Assembly (NCBI GenBank): GCA_041640455.1 | Contig: JBEQAF010000025.1 | Span: 1-16,826 of the forward strand | Direction: 5' to 3' | From: a bacterium | Lineage (GTDB): Bacteria; CALINM01 | Length of the DNA stretch: 16,826 nucleotides | Shown here: in pieces, positions 1 through 5,775 of the stretch | Numbering within the stretch: position 1 is the stretch's first letter | Layout: each line of letters begins with the position of its first letter | Translations under genes and position numbers: made by a program | The notes under the pieces: model-generated | What the model was told of the DNA's origin: nothing | What the model saw: the letters and a program-made list of their open reading frames with translations, nothing else | The model's database searches: none

Positions 1-150
1 ACCACTTCTCTCTCCGCCTCCATCCCTCCCTCTCCCTCTCCCTCTCATTATCTCTGCCACTATATCTGTATCTTCCCCTCTCCCTCTCTCTATCTCTATC
101 TCCCCCTTGCCTCCCTCTCTATCTCTCTCCCTTTCCCCCTCTCTTTCTCT
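1..150. repeat. Polypyrimidine/polypurine (CT/GA) low-complexity tract
   Basis: Hand count gives about 16 purines in 150 nt on the + strand. It contains (CCCTCT)3 at 28-45 and degenerate TCTC/TATCTC units. Composition is unlike the rest of the window. Confidence 0.9.
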
Positions 151-600
151 TAGGCGCAGCTCCCTCCGGTTTTTTCCCTCTATAAATCTTCTTTTTTCCT
201 CTTCGTTCTGCAGGATAAGCTCTGGTACCTGCTTAGGTTTCCCATTTTCATCGAGCGCTACAAAGGTTAGATAGGCAGAGGCAGTATGCCTGACCTCACC
301 AGTTTTTGAGTTTTCTGCTTCCACCCTTACACCAATCTCCATAGAGCTTCTGCCCACATAGTTTATACTGGCTTTAAAAAATACCAGATCACCTACATAA
401 ACCGGATGATGAAAATCAAGTCTATCAATGGATGCCGTTACCACATTGCTTCTGGAGTGTCTGGTTGCTACAACCCCTGCCGCTGTGTCTATGAGCTTCA
501 TAATAACACCGCCGTGTACATTCCCTGCCGGATTTGCATCCTGAGGATTCATAACCTGAGCTATTACAACAGCGCTTGAACTGACCGTTTTTTTCTCCAT
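1..600 (-). CDS. Acyl-CoA thioesterase (hotdog fold, YciA/BFIT-BACH-like); 3' end runs off the window
   Basis: Not in the ORF track (no stop in window). Manual translation from ATG at 600: MEKKTVSSSAVVIAQVMNPQDANPAGNVHGGVIMKLIDTAAGVVATRHSRSNVVTASIDRLDFHHPVYVGDLVFFKASINYVGRSSMEIGVRVEAENSKTGEVRHTASAYLTFVALDENGKPKQVP... It carries the N-x-x-G-x-x-HGG and SAYLTFVALD motifs. SD AGGAGG lies at 605-610 on the minus strand. Confidence 0.93.
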   Translation of the reverse strand, partial: MEKKTVSSSAVVIAQVMNPQDANPAGNVHGGVIMKLIDTAAGVVATRHSRSNVVTASIDRLDFHHPVYVGDLVFFKASINYVGRSSMEIGVRVEAENSKTGEVRHTASAYLTFVALDENGKPKQVPELILQNEEEKRRFIEGKNRRELRLREREGERERDREGGKGEIEIERGRGEDTDIVAEIMRGRGRGRDGGGERSG

Positions 601-637
601 AACACCTCCTTGGTAATAAATTTTTTTAAGATTAATA

Positions 638-666
638 TTATCACTTTTTAATCTCTATGGTATAAT
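638..666 (+). promoter_or_regulatory. Putative sigma70 promoter with extended -10 for the plus-strand gene run starting at 693
   Basis: TTATCA (638-643), 17 nt spacer, TATAAT (661-666), with TG at 658-659 (TGn motif). SD AGGAGG at 683-688 precedes ATG 693. Confidence 0.7.
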
Positions 667-692
667 TTAATATCTCAAAGAAAGGAGGCTTT

Positions 693-1157
693 ATGAAGAA
701 AATTGTTGCTTTATTTGTAGCGGTAAGTATTTTTATGTTAAGCGGCTGTTATGGAAAATTTAATCTGACAAGAAAGGTATATAACATTAATGGCAGTGTG
801 GACAACAAGTTCCTGAGAAGTGCGGTCACATGGGCATTTATTATTATTCCAGTTTATGGTATAGCAGCTTTGCTGGATTTTATCCTTTTTAATACCATTG
901 AGTTCTGGACAGGTAGTAACCCCATAGCGGAAGGGGAGAAAGAGTTTTTCTACGCCCACAAGGATGAGCTTTTTTACATAAAGGCTAAGAAAGATAAGAA
1001 TATGGTTACCTATAAGATAAGACATTACAGGGAAGATAAACTTGTTGATACTCTGGATATTAGCTGGGATCTTAAGGATGGTATATCAAAGGGTGTGCTT
1101 AATAAAAATGGCGAGATTTCAAGATATCTTGCCAATAAAGATGGACTGGTAAACTGA
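693..1157 (+). CDS. DUF3332 family lipoprotein
   Basis: Signal peptide with lipobox LSGC followed by family-typical GCYGKFNLT...PVYG...D...FNTIEFWTGSNP; strong SD. Confidence 0.85.
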   Translation: MKKIVALFVAVSIFMLSGCYGKFNLTRKVYNINGSVDNKFLRSAVTWAFIIIPVYGIAALLDFILFNTIEFWTGSNPIAEGEKEFFYAHKDELFYIKAKKDKNMVTYKIRHYREDKLVDTLDISWDLKDGISKGVLNKNGEISRYLANKDGLVN

Positions 1158-1178
1158 TTTTAGAATCTCGGGCAGTTA

Positions 1179-1889
1179 ATGTCCTACAAGATACTGATAG
1201 TTGATGATGTAAACTTTTTTCTGGAGCTGATGAAAAGCTACCTTTCGGTTTTAGATAGTGAGGTATTTACTGCCCGAAACGGTAAAGAAGCGCTGTCAAT
1301 ACTTGAGAAAGATCAGATGGATCTGATAGTGACCGACTATGAGATGCCTGAGATGGATGGTTATGAGCTGGTTCTTAAGCTATCAAAAGATGACAAGTTA
1401 AAAAATATCCCGGTTATAGTTGCCACAGCCCATCTGAATGATGAGCTTAGGGACAGGTTTTTTAAGATCGGTGCCAAGGCGTTTATAAAAAAACCTTTTA
1501 ATGATCTGGATTTTGTTAAGACCGTTGACAGCTATCTAATTAAAGACAAGAGGCTTAAAGAGAGGGTAATGGTTCAACTACCCTGTTTTTTTGGTTTTGG
1601 TGATGTTATGGAAAGAGGGGTTATACTTGATATCAGTGAAGGTGGACTGTATTTATCAGGTCAGAAGATATACAAGGAAAACACCTATTTTGAGATAAAG
1701 TTTATACTGCCAGAGGAGACCAAGACTGTCAGGCTCTGGGGTAGGGTAGCATGGGTTAATGCTGGGGCAACAAAGATAAAGCCCAGATATCCAGATGGTA
1801 TGGGAGTTGAGTTTTCTGGAGCTGGCAAGGAGCAGCTCATGGTTATAAAATCCTTTATAGAAAGGGTCAAAGGTGGATATAAGAATTGA
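1179..1889 (+). CDS. Response regulator, receiver domain fused to PilZ domain
   Basis: REC: ILIVDD, TDYEMPEMDG (phospho-Asp), ATA, KKPF. PilZ: RLKER (RxxxR), DISEGG (DxSxxG), GRVAW...GMGVEF. Confidence 0.9.
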   Translation: MSYKILIVDDVNFFLELMKSYLSVLDSEVFTARNGKEALSILEKDQMDLIVTDYEMPEMDGYELVLKLSKDDKLKNIPVIVATAHLNDELRDRFFKIGAKAFIKKPFNDLDFVKTVDSYLIKDKRLKERVMVQLPCFFGFGDVMERGVILDISEGGLYLSGQKIYKENTYFEIKFILPEETKTVRLWGRVAWVNAGATKIKPRYPDGMGVEFSGAGKEQLMVIKSFIERVKGGYKN

Positions 1890-2460
1890 AAAAAAGGAGA
1901 TCAGGAAAAGGATATTAAATCTCAGAGACAGTTTAACGGATAAAGAAAGGGCAGACTTAAGCTCCCGTATATTTGAAAATTTTTTTTCCTTAGAAGAGAT
2001 TAGAGCTGGAAAGGTTTTTTTTATATTTGTAAATTTCAGAACAGAGGTAGATACCCAGCCCATAATAGAAAAACTTTTGCGGGATAATAAAAAGGTTGTG
2101 GTTCCCTATACCGATATTGCTAATAAAAGACTTGTCCTCTGCTACATAAATAGTCTGGCAGATCTAAAGGAAGGTAGCTATGGCATACTGGAGCCTGATC
2201 CAGAAATTTGCCATAGGGCAGCTGAGGAAGAGATTGATATAGCTGTCATACCTGGAAGTGTATTTGATACGTCAGGCGGCAGGGTAGGTTATGGTGGAGG
2301 GTTCTATGACAGAACCATACCAAAGCTTAGACAGGATGTGCCAAAGATTGCCATTGCTTTTGATATTCAGTTAGTTGATAAGGTGCCTATGGGTTACTAT
2401 GACAGAAAAATGGATATTATAATCACAGAAAAGAGGATTATTAGAGTTAAAAATGAGTAA
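1873..2460 (+). CDS. ygfA: 5-formyltetrahydrofolate cyclo-ligase (YgfA/Fau family)
   Basis: N-terminal KKEIRK, EVDT, YGILEP, PGSVFD...RVGYGGGFYDR, D-x-x-MDIIITE. GTG start overlaps the upstream gene by 17 nt. Confidence 0.95.
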   Translation: MDIRIEKKEIRKRILNLRDSLTDKERADLSSRIFENFFSLEEIRAGKVFFIFVNFRTEVDTQPIIEKLLRDNKKVVVPYTDIANKRLVLCYINSLADLKEGSYGILEPDPEICHRAAEEEIDIAVIPGSVFDTSGGRVGYGGGFYDRTIPKLRQDVPKIAIAFDIQLVDKVPMGYYDRKMDIIITEKRIIRVKNE

Positions 2461-3997
2461 TCTGAAAGAGTTTCTCCTTAACCCTTCAAACTATCCCGAA
2501 ATGCCCCGTGAGATAAAATATTTTGAAACCCATATTTCACAGGTCTTTGTCGGAGATCGGTTTGTTTATAAGATCAAAAAACCTGTGGATTTTGGATTTT
2601 TAAACTTTACTACCCTGAAAAAAAGGCAGTTTTATGTAAAAAGAGAGGTGCTATTAAATAGCAGACTTGCAAAGGATCTGTATCTGGGGGTGAAAAAGAT
2701 ATACTCTGATGGTAAGCTCTATTCCTTTCAAAAAAAGAGCGGTTTTAAGGTTGCTGAGTATGCGGTTTATATGAAAAGAATTAATGAAGAGCAGATACTT
2801 TTTAATCTTATCAGGAAAGGTGATCTGATACCTGAGAGGATTAAAGATCTCGGAGCCCTGCTGGCAGAGTTTCACAAATCTATAAACGTTTACAGGGGCA
2901 ATAGATATGGTTCTCTGAGTTCTGTCAGATTTAATACAGAAGAGAATTTCAGTCAGGTAAAGCCTTTTATAGGAAAAACCATAGATGAAGAGAAATATAA
3001 TAAAATTGCAGATTACACAAGAAACTTTTTGAAAAAAAAGAAAGAACTTATAAGAGACAGAAACAAAAATGGATTTGTTAGAGAGGTACACGGAGATCTG
3101 CATTCCCAGCATATCTGCCTTGAAGACGAGATTAAAATATTTGACTGTATAGAGTTTAACAATCGGTTCAGAATATCGGATATTCTCGAAGATATAGCAT
3201 TTCTACTGATGGATCTTGAGTTTAACGGCAGATTTGATCTTTCTGCAGAACTGGAAAAAGCCTATTTTAATCATTACCCCTCTGCCTATGATGAATCGCT
3301 GCTTACCTTCTATAAGGTTTACAGAGCCTATGTGAGAGGTAAGATTGAAGGGTTTATTTCTGAAGGAGTTGAAGATAGCTCTGTAAAATCAAAAATTATT
3401 AAAAAGGCAGCTGACTATTTTGGTCTGGCTGAGTTTTATATAAAGAGCCACAGTGCATCTTTTAACCCCCTTATCTTTATGGGCATATCCGGTTCAGGGA
3501 AGAGTACAATTTCTGATCTTTTCAAGGATAAATATAGTATACTCAGGTCTGATGAGATAAGAAAGGAGCTTGCAGGGGTAAGGGAAGGACATCATTATCT
3601 GCCCTATGGTGAAGGGATATATAGTGAGCAGTTCACCGTTAAGACCTATGAGGAACTTATAAAGAGGGGGATTAAGGAAGCAACGGCAGGCAAACGGGTC
3701 ATACTGGATGCCACTTTTCTCAAAGAAGCTTACAGACAGAAAGCACTGAGGGAACTAACCAATGCTGGATTAACCCCGCTTTTTGTTAATTTTTTTGCTC
3801 CCGCAGAAATATTAAGGGAAAGGATATTAAAAAGAATGAAAGAGGATAAAGATATATCCGATGCTCACCTAAATATTCTCGAAAAACAGCTCGAGCAGCT
3901 GAAACCCATTGAGGATCTGCCATCTTTCAGGCTTATGCAGATTAACTCAGCCTATCCGGCTGAACAGATAAGAATGGCATTAGCAAGAATACTATGA
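2453..3997 (+). CDS. Bifunctional aminoglycoside-phosphotransferase-like / P-loop kinase protein (COG2187+COG0645, Rv2004c-like)
   Basis: N-terminal ETHIS, YKIKKPVDFGFL, HGDLH, FDCIEFN. C-terminal Walker A GISGSGKST, RSDEIRKEL, VILDATF, SDA. Confidence 0.9.
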   Translation: MSNLKEFLLNPSNYPEMPREIKYFETHISQVFVGDRFVYKIKKPVDFGFLNFTTLKKRQFYVKREVLLNSRLAKDLYLGVKKIYSDGKLYSFQKKSGFKVAEYAVYMKRINEEQILFNLIRKGDLIPERIKDLGALLAEFHKSINVYRGNRYGSLSSVRFNTEENFSQVKPFIGKTIDEEKYNKIADYTRNFLKKKKELIRDRNKNGFVREVHGDLHSQHICLEDEIKIFDCIEFNNRFRISDILEDIAFLLMDLEFNGRFDLSAELEKAYFNHYPSAYDESLLTFYKVYRAYVRGKIEGFISEGVEDSSVKSKIIKKAADYFGLAEFYIKSHSASFNPLIFMGISGSGKSTISDLFKDKYSILRSDEIRKELAGVREGHHYLPYGEGIYSEQFTVKTYEELIKRGIKEATAGKRVILDATFLKEAYRQKALRELTNAGLTPLFVNFFAPAEILRERILKRMKEDKDISDAHLNILEKQLEQLKPIEDLPSFRLMQINSAYPAEQIRMALARIL

Positions 3998-4596
3998 TTT
4001 ATCAGAACACCGATCTACCAATCTATCTTTTTTCAGGCTCTCCGAGAAGAAGGGAGCTACTTGAAAATGTAGGTCTTACCTTCACAGTGGTAAAATCCTT
4101 TGGTGAAGGTAGTGAGATAAAATACCGCTCTCCCAGATATTACGCCGAGACACTTTCGGAGATTAAGCTTTTGGAGACACTTAAAAGGCATCCTGTTCAG
4201 GAAGGTCTGATTATTACTGCCGATACCATAGTTGCCTTAAAAAAAAAGGTTATTGAAAAGCCCCGTTCAAAGGAAGAGTCAATAAAAATTTTGAAGATGC
4301 TGGAAGGCAAGTGGCATTCAGTTTTTACCGCTTACTGTATCTATCTGCCCCATAAAGGTGATAAAATAATAAGATCAGTTAGAAGCTATGTAAAGTTTAA
4401 ACCTCTTAAACTCAGGGAGATAATAAACTACGTGAATACGGGTGAGTCAATGGATAAGGCTGGTGCCTATGCTATACAGGGGATGGGTGGTTTTATGATA
4501 GAAAAGATAGAAGGCTCATTTACAAATGTGATAGGGCTTCCACTGTCTGATCTTATCAGGGATCTGCTTAAACTTAAGGTAATAAAAATAAGATAG
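3994..4596 (+). CDS. maf: Maf family nucleoside triphosphate pyrophosphatase (YhdE-like)
   Basis: SGSPRRRELL, ADTIV, EKP, DKAGAYAIQG, NVIGLP; ATGA overlap with the upstream gene. Confidence 0.95.
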   Translation: MIYQNTDLPIYLFSGSPRRRELLENVGLTFTVVKSFGEGSEIKYRSPRYYAETLSEIKLLETLKRHPVQEGLIITADTIVALKKKVIEKPRSKEESIKILKMLEGKWHSVFTAYCIYLPHKGDKIIRSVRSYVKFKPLKLREIINYVNTGESMDKAGAYAIQGMGGFMIEKIEGSFTNVIGLPLSDLIRDLLKLKVIKIR

Positions 4597-4597
4597 T

Positions 4598-5275
4598 ATG
4601 GACTTAAAGGAAAGACTGGCAGTTTTAAAGGAAAGAATAGACGGAGCTGTAAAAAGGGCAAAGAGAGATCAGGGAGTACGTGTAATTGCCGTTACCAAGA
4701 CACACCCTAAGGAGATCATCCAGAAGCTCTATAATGCTGGAATTACTGATATAGGCGAAAACTATGTTCAAGAGATGTTGTCCAAATGGGAGGTAGGTCT
4801 ACCTCTAAACTGGCATTTTATAGGAACCTTGCAGAAAAACAAGGTTAAATATCTTGTCGGCAGAGTTTTTCTTATCCATTCGGTTGACAGTCTGGCACTT
4901 TCGGCAGAGATTGACAAAAGATCAAAGGCAGTTGGTATAGTTCAGCCAGTGCTTGTACAGGTTAATCAGGGCGAGGAGACAAAAGGTGGTGTGAAGATTA
5001 AAGATCTGCCTTCTTTTATGGAAGAGCTAAATAATTTTCATAATCTCCAGGTTAAGGGGTTAATGGCAATGCCGCCCTTTTTTGAAGATGTGGAAAAAAC
5101 AAGAGGTTATTTCAAAGAGGTAAGAGAGCTGATGGAGCTTATAAACAGAAAAGGCTGTTACAGGGAGCCCTTAACGGAGCTTTCTATGGGTATGTCATCG
5201 GATTTTGAGGTAGCCATAGAAGAGGGTTCCACTATGGTAAGGATAGGTACTGCTCTGCTTGGAGGGCGAAGATAA
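4598..5275 (+). CDS. yggS: Pyridoxal phosphate homeostasis protein (YggS/PLPBP)
   Basis: AVTK (PLP lysine), GENYVQE, WHFIGTLQKNKVK, LSMGMSSDFEVAIEEGSTMVRIG. Confidence 0.96.
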   Translation: MDLKERLAVLKERIDGAVKRAKRDQGVRVIAVTKTHPKEIIQKLYNAGITDIGENYVQEMLSKWEVGLPLNWHFIGTLQKNKVKYLVGRVFLIHSVDSLALSAEIDKRSKAVGIVQPVLVQVNQGEETKGGVKIKDLPSFMEELNNFHNLQVKGLMAMPPFFEDVEKTRGYFKEVRELMELINRKGCYREPLTELSMGMSSDFEVAIEEGSTMVRIGTALLGGRR

Positions 5276-5286
5276 AAGGAGGTTTT

Positions 5287-5775
5287 ATGCTAAAAGAAGG
5301 AGATATTGCACCAGATTTTATACTGGAAGGGGTTGCTCCAGATAATATTGTTAAGGAGTTTACTCTTGATGAGCTTCTTCAGGACGGCAGGCATCTTGTT
5401 CTTTATTTTTATCCGAAGGACAATACACCGGGCTGCACAAAGGAAGCCTGCGATTTCAGAGATAATATGAACAGACTGCTTAACAGGGTAAATGTGGTTG
5501 GCGTATCAGCTGACAGCATAAAGAGTCATATAAAATTTAAAGACCTTTATGGTTTAAACTTTGTCCTTTTGTCAGATCCAAAAAAAATTGCCATAAGAAA
5601 TTACAAAGCCTTTGGTAAAAAAAACTTTTATGGAAAACTAATCGAAGGGATAATAAGGTCAACCTTTCTCATCTCACCTTCTAAAAAGATTATCCGAATA
5701 TGGCACAAGGTAAGAGCTTCGGGTCATGTAGATGAGGTTATTGAAGAGCTTGATAGACTAAAGATTGGAGTGTAA
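5287..5775 (+). CDS. bcp: Peroxiredoxin, BCP/PrxQ family
   Basis: LYFYPKDNTPGCTKEACDFRD (PxxxTxxC and CxxxxC), GVSAD, RSTFLI; SD AGGAGG at 5277-5282. Confidence 0.93.
   Translation: MLKEGDIAPDFILEGVAPDNIVKEFTLDELLQDGRHLVLYFYPKDNTPGCTKEACDFRDNMNRLLNRVNVVGVSADSIKSHIKFKDLYGLNFVLLSDPKKIAIRNYKAFGKKNFYGKLIEGIIRSTFLISPSKKIIRIWHKVRASGHVDEVIEELDRLKIGV

Noticed and set aside
1..150. CRISPR array or regular tandem repeat at the left edge
   Set aside because: No constant repeat unit with unique spacers; it is degenerate simple sequence.
1155..1163. Selenocysteine or other read-through at the DUF3332 TGA stop
   Set aside because: TGA is followed by TTT TAG, so any extension would be trivial, and no SECIS-like hairpin is evident.
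1800..1873. 6S RNA (ssrS), often found directly upstream of ygfA
   Set aside because: ygfA overlaps the REC-PilZ gene, so there is no intergenic space, and no zapA is present.
2453..3997. Antibiotic-resistance call for the aminoglycoside-phosphotransferase-like domain
   Set aside because: The architecture matches a widespread chromosomal fusion family with no shown resistance role, and there is no mobile context.
5701..5717. TGGCAC upstream of uvrA as a sigma54 -24 element
   Set aside because: There is no GC at the required GG-N10-GC spacing, and it lies within the bcp coding sequence.
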